A stretch of 64,000 bases of DNA from Rhynchopus sp. YZ270_cl-10 (GCA_964035575.1 OZ037835.1:1178001-1242000), one strand, 5' to 3'. Counted from the stretch's first letter, positions 1 through 10,807 are shown. Notes: generated by a model not told the origin, from the letters alone. Numbers and translations: made by a program.

Positions 1-289
1 TTCCGTTCGGTGCGTTCCGTTCGTTGCGTTCAGATCGCAACGTACAGATCGGTTCCGTTCCGTTCGTTCCGTTCGGTGCGTTCCGTTCGGTGCGTTCAGA
101 TCGTTGCGTTCCGTTCGGTGCGTTCCGTTCGGTGCGTTCAGATCGCAACGTACAGATCGGTTCCGTTCCGTTCGTTCCGTTCGGTTCGTTCCGTTCGTTG
201 CGTTCCGTTCGTTGCGTTCAGATCGCAACGTACAGATCGGTTCCGTTCGGTGCGTTCCGTTCGTTGCGTTCAGATCGCAACGTACAGAT
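1..289. repeat. Satellite I: irregular ~40-80-bp units, CAGATCGCAACGTACAGATCGGTT plus CGTT(C)/CGGTG subunits
   Basis: Units start at 31, 97, 139, 219 and 271. The array resumes at 9464 after the LINE-A insertion. Confidence 0.95.
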
Positions 290-1105
290 TGGTCCTGAGT
301 ATGACCTTAAACTGCTAAGTCGTGAGCGAATGTATCCTAGTAGGTATGGGGAAAGGGGAAGGAGTTCTTTGACCGCCCGAAGGCTTTGGCTGGGAAGGTA
401 TGGGGGGACTTCAGAACCTTTCTTGACCGCCCGTGGATGCATTCTCAAGGATTGGACATGGACACCCCTCCGTAGCGCAACGTCCCGCTGACTTAGGGTG
501 AGGCAATGTATTGTGGCCCCAAAGTCAGTGCAAAAAGACCCTAGGCTCACCTTTGGAAACTGCATGTGTCTACCTGGTGCATGTGGACAAACTTCTGGAG
601 ACGGGCAGGTTGACGGCGACTACTACGGTAGATCTTTCCAGAAACCGTTGATGCGGCCACCCGGACATGATGACACACAACACACGTTTACTTTCTCTTT
701 GGGTCATAAGGTACGCCCTTCTCTGACCACGACATGAAACACAAAGCCAAAACAATTGATCACCGGAAAGGGGTTTATACACATTACACAACACCACGTG
801 CCACCCTGTTTTTACTTATTTACTTTTTACCACCTCACCCCTTTTATACCTACCGCAGTCGCCTCCCCGTGGCAACCCTGGACGGTCAAGAAGAGTGACC
901 GACTAAGAACTGCGATCAGGAGAAACAGGGTCTTCTAACATTACTTTATTTTTATTTTTATTTTTATTTTTATTTTAAGTGTAATACCTATTATACTTTT
1001 GCCTGCTATTCGCTTTTGACCTGGTAAGTCTGCTTTTGTTTCCTTTCCCCCCTTCAACAACCTCCGCACGCCCACCTACCCTTTGCTAATCCCACCCCCC
1101 ACAAC

Positions 1106-2635
1106 ATGACCTCACCGGATCACGCCATGGACGTAGATGCAGAGACGCAGCCGGCACCCTCCCTCACGCTCCGGAACCCGGCGGCAACGCCAGCAGCCGC
1201 GGCACGGCTAGCGGAAGCAGAAGGCTTCCTGCTGGAAGTGTCGCGGTCGGCGCATGACGCGCACGAGTGGGAGAAGAACGCAGACGAGAAGGCGAGGCAA
1301 GTCCTCTCGCAACACCGTATGTCAGTCTCCCCCCTCACCCTCAAAAGAAGAGAACCCTCCTCTCAACATATTTTTAAATTTTATTTTGAGGGAATCCCAT
1401 CCCCCGAAGCCCCCATACTATCTTTCTCCGGTGTGAACGGGGTGTTCATACGCCCCGCCCGCACCAACTCAAATGACGGACTTACGTCGGTCATTTGGCC
1501 AGAAGCGTCCTACGACGAAACGCTGGAGCACTCGGAAAGAGTACAGGGGAGGGTGGTAATGGGTAGATTAGGGGATTTCGGGATCGTTGTCCCAAAAAAG
1601 GACGAAGTGAAGGCATGGGAAACAGTGGGAAAGGCGGAAAGGGCAGGGGAGGCAAGCTACAGGCTCACCGGCTTACCCACCACGTGCACACCCGAGGACC
1701 TAGTGTCGGCAATTTCCCAAACGGGACGCCACATCAGAGGGAGAAGCACTCGCAGGGAAACAGCACCCGGGGGCACACACACACACACACTCCTGGTCGC
1801 AATGCATGCACAACCACCACCCCCACCCTCCTTCACATTTGGGGAGCATGTGATCGTCTGCACACCAGCGATCCATGCAAAATTCCCCCCACACAAAAAA
1901 AACACGACCTCACAGACACAAAAAGGAGGAAAGGGGAGGGGGAGAGGAAAGGGCTACCAAAGCCCAGGAGCAAAGGGTCAGGGCGGGGGCAGGGGAGGAG
2001 CAAAGAGCGGGGAAGGGGGGAAGCAGGCACACAGTGCATCCCTCCCAATGGGAGTAGGGCTCGGCCAGAATGCAACGTCCCCCAAAACGGTGGGAGGCGA
2101 TGGGAACGAGAACATGGGTGGAAAGGGAAGCGGGAAGGGGAACAAGGGAGGCAAGGGAAAGGGGAGCGTACCAGCGACCGGACCCTCAGTTTGGGACGCG
2201 AGGTTTTCCGATTTGGAAAAGAGAGTGGAAGCTCTCTCTACAAATCAGGAAAACCTCGCGTCACAATTGAGGGTGGGCTTAGCCGAAGGCTTCGAACAAA
2301 TCAGCCAAGGGTTATCGCTAAGCCTAGAAAAGCTCCTCCCCAAGAGCACAAGACCCGGAAAGAAAGGCGGTGCAAAACTAAGTGTCGACACCAACATCGG
2401 CACAGAAGACGACGAAGAAATGACAGAAGGCAAAACGCCTTCGTCAAAGACACCGCTACCGTCTGGATCCCCCAGGAAAACGCCCAAAGGGAAAAGGGCG
2501 AGGGTGGGAGAGGAGCACGCGCGGAACACGTCCGCCAAGACTGGGGACAGCTCCCCCACAGCCCGGACGATACCGGGGGGGATAACGGTGCGGTCGCCGC
2601 GGTCCAGCAACAAGGGGATCAAACTCGTCGTGTAG
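1106..2635 (+). CDS. LINE-A ORF1 (gag-like, Gly/Lys-rich region and short coiled coil)
   Basis: 509-aa ATG-initiated ORF upstream of pol, identical in copy 2. Coiled-coil-like RFSDLEKRVEALSTNQENLASQL. Confidence 0.8.
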   Translation: MTSPDHAMDVDAETQPAPSLTLRNPAATPAAAARLAEAEGFLLEVSRSAHDAHEWEKNADEKARQVLSQHRMSVSPLTLKRREPSSQHIFKFYFEGIPSPEAPILSFSGVNGVFIRPARTNSNDGLTSVIWPEASYDETLEHSERVQGRVVMGRLGDFGIVVPKKDEVKAWETVGKAERAGEASYRLTGLPTTCTPEDLVSAISQTGRHIRGRSTRRETAPGGTHTHTLLVAMHAQPPPPPSFTFGEHVIVCTPAIHAKFPPHKKNTTSQTQKGGKGRGRGKGYQSPGAKGQGGGRGGAKSGEGGKQAHSASLPMGVGLGQNATSPKTVGGDGNENMGGKGSGKGNKGGKGKGSVPATGPSVWDARFSDLEKRVEALSTNQENLASQLRVGLAEGFEQISQGLSLSLEKLLPKSTRPGKKGGAKLSVDTNIGTEDDEEMTEGKTPSSKTPLPSGSPRKTPKGKRARVGEEHARNTSAKTGDSSPTARTIPGGITVRSPRSSNKGIKLVV

Positions 2636-5600
2636 ACCATACCACCACCCCCCTCCCTATCTCTCCAACCCCACCCTCCCTAATCCAACCTCCTCCAACT
2701 ACACACAAACTCATCCCCCTTACACCCCACAAAACAAAACATGTACCGGTACAGCAGCACCAACAACAACAACATCAGCAGCAACAACAGCAGAGGCACC
2801 TAATACGACAGCAACAACAACAACATCACCAGCAGCAACAACAGCAGCATCAACAGCAGTGGCCGCTTACACGACAACAACAACAGCAACATCACCAGCA
2901 GCATCAACAGCAGCAACGACAGCTACAACAACAACGGCAACAGCAACAACAACAACGACAACATCACCAGCAGCAGCAACAGCAACAGCACCAACAACTG
3001 CACCAACAGCTGCAACCATCTGAGGGACGACGCCACCTCCTACACCTGAGACGTCTACTTCTCCTGAGGTGCGGCGACGTAGAGCAGAACCCCGGACCAG
3101 AGGAAGCCCTGAAGCTGATCAGCTTCAACTGCAACGGGCTGACCGAGCAACGGGAAGAGGAGCTGCAGGAGTTACTGAACTCGGAGCACTTCGATGTGGT
3201 GGCTCTGCAGGAGCTGAAGGAGGCGCAGACAGCACTGCCCGCGTTCCCGGGCTACACCCCCTTCCTCCGGAAGCGCACGCAACGCCGCACCCCCAATGGC
3301 AGCCTGTACTCCGGAGGCGGCATAGCCACGCTGGTGCACACAAGCCACCAAGCCTCCCTCACCTGGGCCAGCGGGGAGCCAAGTGTGACGGAGCGTCTTG
3401 ACGTGAGGGTGACGACGGAGCATCGGGAGTACACGGTGACGAACCTGTACCGACCTGGAGGTGTAGGCAGCAGCGCTGATGACCTGCGTGTGGACGACTT
3501 CTCTGCAGATGACCTCCCCTCCGACGAAGACTCCATCATCCTCGGTGACTTCAACGTCCACCACCCTGCGTGGGACCTCCAAGCGAAGCCAGATGCCAAA
3601 GGGTCACAGCTACACCAGTGGTCGCTGCGCAACGCCATGCAGGTGCTCAACTGCCCCAACACAGTCACGCGCTTCTCCGGAACAGTCTTCTCCTCACCGG
3701 ACATCACCTTGGTACACAGGAACGTAGAAGCCACATGGACCACACTTTGCGCACGAGGCTCCGACCACCTCCCCATCCTAGTCACAGTGCAACCTCCGAC
3801 GGAAGGGGAGGAAGTGAACGGAGGCGACGAAGACGCGACAGTGCCCGAACACCTGCTGAGATGGTGCTGGTCACGTGCGGATTGGGAGGCGTACACGGCA
3901 GAGCTGGAGCGTTACGCCCCCAAGGCCCACAACTGGGGTGGTGTAGATGCGGTGAACAGGTTCACGGGATTGTGCAAAAACATCGCAGAAAAACACATCC
4001 CACTCTCCCACCACACCTCCACACCAAGGGTCAGGAAGTCGTGGTTCACTCCTCAGGTCCATGAATTGCTGCAAGAACGCAACGCAGTGACGGAACTACT
4101 TCTCTCCGCGGACGAGACGGAACGCGACGTCCAAGCCGAAAAGCTGAAAGAGCTGAAGGTCGCCACCTCCTGTGCCATCATGGATGCGAAGCAGCAGGCA
4201 TGGGTGCGTAGCTGCAACGCCGCCACACCACCACCTCTCAGCAGCACTTTCCGGAGGTTGAAGGAGCTCAGTGGTGACCGGGTGAAACCCATCACCAAAG
4301 CAGTCGCTACCCCGGAGGGCCCTCTGACGAACACACCGCAGGAAAAAGCGAACACCCTGGCCCGCTACTTCGCCGCAGTGAGTGGAGACGGCACGCCCCC
4401 TTCTCTCGCCAACCCGCAGCGTACTGCTAGGCGCAACAACACACAGAGCGCGGGCTACACCGGAGCGGCAAGCGAAGCTCCCTTCACCTTGCCGGAGCTC
4501 GATTACGCGATGAGCTCGCTGAAGCTGGGCAAAGCACCTGGGCTGGACGAGATGCACAACGAGCTCTTGCTGCATCTTGGGCCCAAAGGACGAGACGCCT
4601 TACTCCACGTCCTCAACTTATCCTGGTGCAAAGGTGAACTCCCTACATCGTGGCTGCAGAGCAACATCGTGCCCATCGCTAAGAACGGGAAGGACGCCAG
4701 CATCCCCGCGTCGTACCGCCCCATCTCTCTTACGAGCAACGTCTGCAAACTCTTGGAGAAGATGGTCAAGTGCCGCATCACCCAGATGCAAGACAGTCCG
4801 GACCTGCCGCAGTACAGGGGCCCACACCGCACACAAGCAGGTTTCCGCCGTCGTCTCTCCACGATAGACCAGCTCGCGGCGCTCATGCAGCGGGTGAATG
4901 CGGGGAAGAACCGCCCCACCATCGCACTCTTCTTCGACGTAGAAAAGGCGTTCGACACTGTGTCTCGCAAGCGCATACTCCAGGCGCTGAAGCACAAGCA
5001 GCACCTGCCACCACGCTACCTCAACTGGATTGAAGCCTTCACCAGTGACCGCTCCGCCTGTGTTTCAGTGGATGGAGCAAAGAGTGCGCAGTACGTGATG
5101 AGAGCTGGAGTACCGCAGGGTACAGTACTGTCACCCCTCCTTTTCCTCGCTGCTATGGACGAAGTTGCGGAAGCGCTCGACGACCTCAGTGCAACATATC
5201 CCACATTCTTCGCCGACGACATGGCAGTCACCGTGCAAGGGGAAACATTAGGGGAAGTGCAAGAATTGGCGCAAGCGGTCATCAACCGTGTCACAGCGGC
5301 GATGGAGCCACTCGGAATGCGCCTCTCCAGCACAAAGACCGTCTTCACCTTCTTCGGCACAAGAAACGTCCTCAACAAGTACCCGTTAGCGGCCGACACA
5401 GAACTTTGGCTGAGGAACGGTATTCGGGTGCCCTACTCCGCCACACCCAAATACCTGGGATTGACGCTGGATCCGTCCTTGACGATGGAGGCACACACCA
5501 CCGCAGTCATCACCAGGGTGCAAAAAAGGCTCGGTCTGATGAAGATGTTGTCTGGAACCACGTGGGGAGCTAACACACACACCCTCCGCACCACCTATCT

Positions 5601-6084
5601 CACATACGTACTTCCCCTGATCCGCTATGCTCTTGGCATATACGGTCCACAGCTGTCAACACACCTGATGGACAAGCTGGAGGCCGAACACAACGCCGCG
5701 GCGCGTATCATCACCGGATGTCCTTTGCCTACGTCTCGCGCCAAATTGCTGTGGGAGGCACGCCTGACCCCGATAGTGGACCTGATGCGATTGGACGCCG
5801 TAACTGCGTTCGAGTTGTTTCGGCGTCACACCGACACGCCAGGGAAAGCGGCCTGCGGCTACACCTCCGCCTCCCTCACGCTCAACAACTGGCTCTCCGC
5901 CGCCCAGCGACTCTCCTCCGAGCAGTGCTACCAACGCGACAAGTCGCGCGCGACTCGCGACAAACCACCCGCGACAGCGCGACAAAATGAGTTGTCGCAA
6001 AAATCGAAAATTTTTTTTTTCCATTTTGAGACACTTTTTTTTTTTTTTTTGTTAGGAAAAATCGCGTTTTTTCCGGGTACTTAG
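1615..6084 (+). CDS. LINE-A ORF2/pol 5' part: polyQ, 2A peptide, APE endonuclease, reverse transcriptase; interrupted by a MITE at 5923
   Basis: APE motifs SFNCNG, ALQE, GDFNVH, SPD, SDH. RT motifs KAPGLD, YRPISL, QAGFR, FDVEKAFD, GVPQG, FADD, YLG. The true start is uncertain and the last ~54 codons are MITE-derived. Confidence 0.92.
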   Translation: MGNSGKGGKGRGGKLQAHRLTHHVHTRGPSVGNFPNGTPHQREKHSQGNSTRGHTHTHTPGRNACTTTTPTLLHIWGACDRLHTSDPCKIPPTQKKHDLTDTKRRKGEGERKGLPKPRSKGSGRGQGRSKERGRGEAGTQCIPPNGSRARPECNVPQNGGRRWEREHGWKGKREGEQGRQGKGERTSDRTLSLGREVFRFGKESGSSLYKSGKPRVTIEGGLSRRLRTNQPRVIAKPRKAPPQEHKTRKERRCKTKCRHQHRHRRRRRNDRRQNAFVKDTATVWIPQENAQREKGEGGRGARAEHVRQDWGQLPHSPDDTGGDNGAVAAVQQQGDQTRRVDHTTTPLPISPTPPSLIQPPPTTHKLIPLTPHKTKHVPVQQHQQQQHQQQQQQRHLIRQQQQQHHQQQQQQHQQQWPLTRQQQQQHHQQHQQQQRQLQQQRQQQQQQRQHHQQQQQQQHQQLHQQLQPSEGRRHLLHLRRLLLLRCGDVEQNPGPEEALKLISFNCNGLTEQREEELQELLNSEHFDVVALQELKEAQTALPAFPGYTPFLRKRTQRRTPNGSLYSGGGIATLVHTSHQASLTWASGEPSVTERLDVRVTTEHREYTVTNLYRPGGVGSSADDLRVDDFSADDLPSDEDSIILGDFNVHHPAWDLQAKPDAKGSQLHQWSLRNAMQVLNCPNTVTRFSGTVFSSPDITLVHRNVEATWTTLCARGSDHLPILVTVQPPTEGEEVNGGDEDATVPEHLLRWCWSRADWEAYTAELERYAPKAHNWGGVDAVNRFTGLCKNIAEKHIPLSHHTSTPRVRKSWFTPQVHELLQERNAVTELLLSADETERDVQAEKLKELKVATSCAIMDAKQQAWVRSCNAATPPPLSSTFRRLKELSGDRVKPITKAVATPEGPLTNTPQEKANTLARYFAAVSGDGTPPSLANPQRTARRNNTQSAGYTGAASEAPFTLPELDYAMSSLKLGKAPGLDEMHNELLLHLGPKGRDALLHVLNLSWCKGELPTSWLQSNIVPIAKNGKDASIPASYRPISLTSNVCKLLEKMVKCRITQMQDSPDLPQYRGPHRTQAGFRRRLSTIDQLAALMQRVNAGKNRPTIALFFDVEKAFDTVSRKRILQALKHKQHLPPRYLNWIEAFTSDRSACVSVDGAKSAQYVMRAGVPQGTVLSPLLFLAAMDEVAEALDDLSATYPTFFADDMAVTVQGETLGEVQELAQAVINRVTAAMEPLGMRLSSTKTVFTFFGTRNVLNKYPLAADTELWLRNGIRVPYSATPKYLGLTLDPSLTMEAHTTAVITRVQKRLGLMKMLSGTTWGANTHTLRTTYLTYVLPLIRYALGIYGPQLSTHLMDKLEAEHNAAARIITGCPLPTSRAKLLWEARLTPIVDLMRLDAVTAFELFRRHTDTPGKAACGYTSASLTLNNWLSAAQRLSSEQCYQRDKSRATRDKPPATARQNELSQKSKIFFFHFETLFFFFLLGKIAFFPGT
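2752..3015 (+). repeat. CAA/CAG/CAC microsatellite (polyQ/H) upstream of the 2A peptide
   Basis: Triplet run read directly. Mirrored at about 14123-14386. Confidence 0.9.
3052..3099 (+). other. 2A (StopGo) peptide RLLLLRCGDVEQNPG|P
   Basis: Exact D(V/I)ExNPGP consensus immediately before APE. 2A motifs are known in L1Tc/ingi-type LINEs. Confidence 0.9.
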
Positions 6085-6330
6085 CAAAATTTTGGTCAAA
6101 AAATGATGGCTTTTGCTTACGTCGCTACTGTACCGTCTGCGATGGTTTTTTCTGGATTTTTTTTTTTGGATTTTTTTTTCCAAAATCGCCCACACCCAAA
6201 AAAAAAAATTTTTTTTTTTTTTGGTGAAAATTTTTGTGATGTCGAAAAAAAAAATTTTTTTTGGGCGCGACAGCGCGACAAGTGGCACTTTGTCGCGCGA
6301 CTAGAATCTCTTGTCGCGTTGGTAGCACTG
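5923..6330 (+). mobile_element. 408-bp MITE, 21-bp TIR CAGTGCTACCAACGCGACAAG, 7-bp TSD CTCCGAG
   Basis: Perfect TIRs. TSD at 5916-5922 and 6331-6337. Removing the element plus one TSD rejoins pol in frame (RLSSE-AHKEFRRPGVHMADM). Confidence 0.95.
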
Positions 6331-6337
6331 CTCCGAG

Positions 6338-7357
6338 GCACACAAGGAGTTCCGCAGACCTGGGGTGCATATGGCAGATATGCAGCGTCACCTGCCTGTA
6401 GACCCGTGGTATTGGAGTGACGTACTGCCCCGCCTAAGTATCACCGCCACGATACCTGGGATACGCCGCTCCGACCCTGAGCCAGATGACGAAAAATTCC
6501 TGCTCCTCACAGAGGAGGCCCTCCAACGCCTTCCCCCCTGCGAATGGCACGCCTACACCGACGGCTCTGTCCAGGGCAAAAGCGGGGGTGCTGGGGTAGT
6601 GCTGTACAAGCTCCCCGAGATGCGAGAACCCAACTGCTCCTTCTCCTACGGGGCCGGCACCGGCGCAAGCAGCTTTCAAGCCGAAATGATCGCCATAGGC
6701 CACTCCATTGACCTTCTCTTTGACAAAGCAACCCCTGGGGCCACCTGCGCCATCCTCACAGACTCGCAATCGTCCCTGCGTGCGCTAGAGAGCGGTCCCA
6801 AGAAGGCCAGAGAGGACTTCGAACACAAACTCTGGAAAGGACTACACCGGCTTGCCGGCAACAACATAAACCTAATACTGCACTACGTCCCCTCGCATGT
6901 GCAGGTCCTGGGCAATGATGCTGCTGACGCTGCGGCCGCAGAAGGCACCAAGATGGTGCAGAGCCCTGGCCTGTCCTTCTCTGCCGCCAGATCATGTGCG
7001 AGACGTCACCTGGCGAACACCCCTTCCGTCGAGCAGCCCGGCACGAACACGGTGTACGCCAGGAAGGCCGGAGCGGACGTAGCGGTGCTGCAACCTCCCG
7101 TCCACTGCACGGACCTCACCCGCAGGGGGGAAACCACCATCCGCAGCCTCCGAGCTGGCAGCAACCAGCTAACGTTCGACTTCCGCACCTCGTCGAACAC
7201 TGCCACATGCCTGCGATGCGACAAGCCCTGCACCCTGAAGCACCTGTTCTTCTCCTGCCGACACCTAGTTATCCCCTTTTTTATGCCGCCACTCCCTACA
7301 CTCTCTGTACCACAGCACAATGTATTTACCGCTCTTTTGGAGGTCAACAGTCGTTAA
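6338..7357 (+). CDS. LINE-A pol 3' part: RNase H and C-terminal CCHC-type zinc knuckle
   Basis: YTDGS, FQAEMIAI, LTDSQS, VPSHVQVLGNDAAD, and CLRC...HLFFSC. In frame with the upstream RT once the MITE is removed. Confidence 0.9.
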   Translation, partial: AHKEFRRPGVHMADMQRHLPVDPWYWSDVLPRLSITATIPGIRRSDPEPDDEKFLLLTEEALQRLPPCEWHAYTDGSVQGKSGGAGVVLYKLPEMREPNCSFSYGAGTGASSFQAEMIAIGHSIDLLFDKATPGATCAILTDSQSSLRALESGPKKAREDFEHKLWKGLHRLAGNNINLILHYVPSHVQVLGNDAADAAAAEGTKMVQSPGLSFSAARSCARRHLANTPSVEQPGTNTVYARKAGADVAVLQPPVHCTDLTRRGETTIRSLRAGSNQLTFDFRTSSNTATCLRCDKPCTLKHLFFSCRHLVIPFFMPPLPTLSVPQHNVFTALLEVNSR

Positions 7358-7424
7358 ACACAAGTAGATTAGGAGCATCTGACTGTACATTAATCAATTA
7401 AAGCAAACTATACATGTGCGGACG

Positions 7425-8505
7425 GAGGTGTACCACACATCTACCCTACGAATGCTCTTCCCGTGCCCCAATTCCCCCCTATTTAATACTGCCAACACAC
7501 CCTTCCCCCTTTACACAATACGCACGTGCCGGTGAAGCTGCTTAGGGGTCTACCCGGCCACCTTGCATTTTCCACCGATTACGCTGCCTGTCAAAACAAC
7601 AACACAATCTTGAGGGTCACCAGCGACTACCGCGCTGCAGTTACCCCATTGTTCCCCTTCAAAGGGTAGTGACCCACACTTTTACTTTAACTGCTCACAC
7701 CTTATCCTCTTTTGAAACTTTTAAAATGCAAAATGTAACCTTTTCTGTCGCAACCAAACACCTCGAGGGGAGGCGCCAGTGTCTACCGCGCTCTGGTAAC
7801 CTCCTCTTTTTCATTTATCATTTATTTTTCTTTTACGGCAGCAATTACTGTTAGGTGAAAGGGTGCGTAGCGACACCCCCGATGCGAGCTACCAACACAA
7901 CCATCAAAACCCCCCTTATGACTAAACATGCAAGCACATGCACACACAAACACTACATGTGCCCAAAGAGGCGTGCGGCGCGTCTTACCATACGGACGTT
8001 CTTCCCGCCCACCAAAATCCCAAATTCCCCAACTCCCCTAATTAATACCCCCACCTCACCCTTCCCCCTTTACACAATACACACGTGCCGGTGAAGCTGC
8101 GTAGGAGTCTACTAGGCCACCTTGCATGCTCCACCAGGTACGCTACTAGCGAAAACAACAGCACACTCTTATGGGACACTATGTCAACCGCAGTAGCCCC
8201 AAACTTCCCCCCCACGGGTAGTGACACACACTTCTACAATTTGTAACAAAACAAAACTTTAATAACTCAAATTTTAATTTTTAAAAAAAAAAATGTTTTA
8301 TTTTAAAATATTTTTTTTCGCAATTGCAAACTGAAACAACCTGTCGCTATCAACACCTTGCGGGGAGGCGCCAGTGGGTACCGCGCCCCTGTAACCTCCC
8401 ACCTTTTTATTTTCGGCAGCAGTCACTGTAAAGTAGACGGGTGCGTAGCGACACCCCCGATGCGAGCCACCTGTACTACCATTTAACCCCCCTTATCCCC
8501 ATATG
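7425..8505 (+). repeat. Diverged ~560-580-bp tandem duplication in the LINE-A 3' UTR
   Basis: CACGTGCCGGTGAAGCTGC at 7523 and 8082. A 29-bp identical block at 7861 and 8439. Boundaries approximate. Confidence 0.75.
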
Positions 8506-9463
8506 CAAGTAAGATACGTTACGCAATGTGGGAACGTACTACTCGTGCCCTACTCACTAGTTTATTTTTCTGCCACGACAACCCCCAGACTCAGCCCCTG
8601 CCCGTGGCCCGATGTAGTACCCTAAGCACACCCGATTGCGGCACAGGCAAATGCGACGACAAGGGGAGGAGGGGTGGGGAGAGCGATGGGTACCTGAAGT
8701 GGAAGTTGCGCCTCTGCTGGGTGTCCGAGTCTCATAGGTAATAACACGAGCCACATGCCCCAAAAGTACGCCACCAACACCCCAACAAGGGCAAATCGTG
8801 TACGCCGCCACAACACAAACCTACCTAAGAGATCAGGGCTCCTGGTGGGGGTTTGCGACTGCCACAGATGCCTGCCTCTCACTCTGCCCGCCCCCTCGCC
8901 CCTAAAGACACACAAACACACCAGTCACTGCATTTTGTTGATGTTAAAATCGATTGCGCCCTGGGTGCTATCTTGGGATATGAAAGGGGGAAAGCGTGTG
9001 ATGGGGGCGAGCTGTGTGTACCCTATTTGCTGCCTTACGTTTCACTTTCCACACCGCCCCATATAAATACACACTAGTTATACTTACACAATGCATATTC
9101 CCTTTTATTTTATTTTTTTTTTTTTTTTTTTGAGTGACTTTTAAGCGTATACCTTTGGCTAAGCACGCCACGACACCGCTTACATTACTGCGCGCACCAC
9201 TCCATTTGTATTTTCCAGTTTTAGGGGAGGTATCCTCGCGTACGAGTTGTTTGACTCCAAAGTGATTCCCCGGCCTCTCAAGCAAGCAGGAGACCAACGT
9301 CAGGGGAGGTGTAATGAGATACCCTGGGCAGTGCCCACCTTTTGTGTTCTGTTCATTTTGGTTGAGTGGTGCGCCCACCTTGCTTTTTGTTCATTGTGTA
9401 CTAACCTATCGCAATAAAAAGACCACTAAAGGCCAAAGAGAAAAAAAAAAAAAAAAAAAAAAA

Positions 9464-9544
9464 CAGATCGGTTCCGTTCGGTGCGTTCCGTTCGTTGCGT
9501 TCAGATCGCAACGTACAGATCGGTTCCGTTCGGTGCGTTCAGAT
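9464..9544. repeat. Satellite I, continuation after LINE-A copy 1
   Basis: Same units as 1-289. Confidence 0.9.
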
Positions 9545-9551
9545 GAGCAGC

Positions 9552-10800
9552 TAGCTGGTTGCTGCCAGCTCGGAGGCTGCGGATGGTGGTTTCCCCCCTG
9601 CGGGTGAGGTCCGTGCAGTGGACGGGAGGTTGCAGCACCGCTACGTCCGCTCCGGCCTTCCTGGCGTACACCGTGTTCGTGCCGGGCTGCTCGACGGAAG
9701 GGGTGTTCGCCAGGTGACGTCTCGCACATGATCTGGCGGCAGAGAAGGACAGGCCAGGGCTCTGCACCATCTTGGTGCCTTCTGCGGCCGCAGCGTCAGC
9801 AGCATCATTGCCCAGGACCTGCACATGCGAGGGGACGTAGTGCAGTATTAGGTTTATGTTGTTGCCGGCAAGCCGGTGTAGTCCTTTCCAGAGTTTGTGT
9901 TCGAAGTCCTCTCTGGCCTTCTTGGGACCGCTCTCTAGCGCACGCAGGGACGATTGCGAGTCTGTGAGGATGGCGCAGGTGGCCCCAGGGGTTGCTTTGT
10001 CAAAGAGAAGGTCAATGGAGTCAGTGCTACCAACGCGACAAGAGATTCTAGTCGCGCGACAAAGTGCCACTTGTCGCGCTGTCGCGCCCAAAAAAAATTT
10101 TTTTTTTCGACATCACAAAAATTTTCACCAAAAAAAAAAAAATTTTTTTTTTTTGGGTGTGGGCGATTTTGGAAAAAAAAATCCAAAAAAAAAAATCCAG
10201 AAAAAACCATCGCAGACGGTACAGTAGCGACGTAAGCAAAAGCCATCATTTTTTGACCAAAATTTTGCTAAGTACCCGGAAAAAACGCGATTTTTCCTAA
10301 CAAAAAAAAAAAAAAAAGTGTCTCAAAATGGAAAAAAAAATTTTTCGATTTTTGCGACAACTCATTTTGTCGCGCTGTCGCGGGTGGTTTGTCGCGTGTC
10401 GCGCGCGACTTGTCGCGTTGGTAGCACTGATGGAGTGGCCTATGGCGATCATTTCGGCTTGAAAGCTGCTTGCGCCGGTGCCGGCCCCGTAGGAGAAGGA
10501 GCAGTTGGGTTCTCGCATCTCGGGGAGCTTGTACAGCACTACCCCAGCACCCCCGCTTTTGCCCTGGACAGAGCCGTCGGTGTAGGCGTGCCATTCGCAG
10601 GGGGGAAGGCGTTGGAGGGCCTCCTCTGTGAGGAGCAGGAATTTTTCGTCATCTGGCTCAGGGTCGGAGCGGCGTATCCCAGGTATCGTGGCGGTGATAC
10701 TTAGGCGGGGCAGTACGTCACTCCAATACCACGGGTCTACAGGCAGGTGACGCTGCATATCTGCCATATGCACCCCAGGTCTGCGGAACTCCTTGTGTGC
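9552..10800 (-). pseudogene. LINE-A copy 2 RNase H region, MITE-disrupted and truncated
   Basis: YTDGS...FQAEMIAIGHSI is broken by the 10022-10429 MITE, then DLLFDK...RAGSNQL joins satellite I. Confidence 0.85.
10022..10429 (-). mobile_element. 408-bp MITE, second independent insertion, 7-bp TSD ATGGAGT
   Basis: Same TIRs. TSD at 10015-10021 and 10430-10436. The site is empty in copy 1 (~6702-6708). Confidence 0.95.
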
Positions 10801-10807
10801 CTCGGAG

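Larger units (their letters stand above)
290..9463 (+). mobile_element. Full-length non-LTR retrotransposon LINE-A (I/ingi-like: ORF1, APE-RT-RNase H-CCHC), copy 1
   Basis: 5' end TGGTCCTGAG is shared with copy 2. A23 tail at 9441-9463. TSD (A)CAGAT at 284-289 and 9463-9468 inside satellite I. Confidence 0.92.

Noticed and set aside
1..289. CRISPR-like array next to a reverse transcriptase (also 17459-17683 and 19834-20400)
   Set aside because: The intervening sequences are themselves repeats rather than unique spacers, there are no cas genes, and the context is eukaryotic.
290..460. Pistol- or HDV-like ribozyme at the LINE-A 5' end
   Set aside because: Only partial pairings were found (TATGAC/GTCGTG, GGTC/GACC). 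The required P2/P3 or P1.1 partners were not.
1024..1029. GTAAGT splice donor upstream of ORF1 that might generate a pol mRNA
   Set aside because: No supported acceptor or in-frame upstream AUG, and a 6-mer can occur by chance.
7480..7545. Twister-like words (TAATACTGCC...TGCCGG..AAGC)
   Set aside because: The pseudoknot segments are missing and the first motif is not kept in the duplicate copy.
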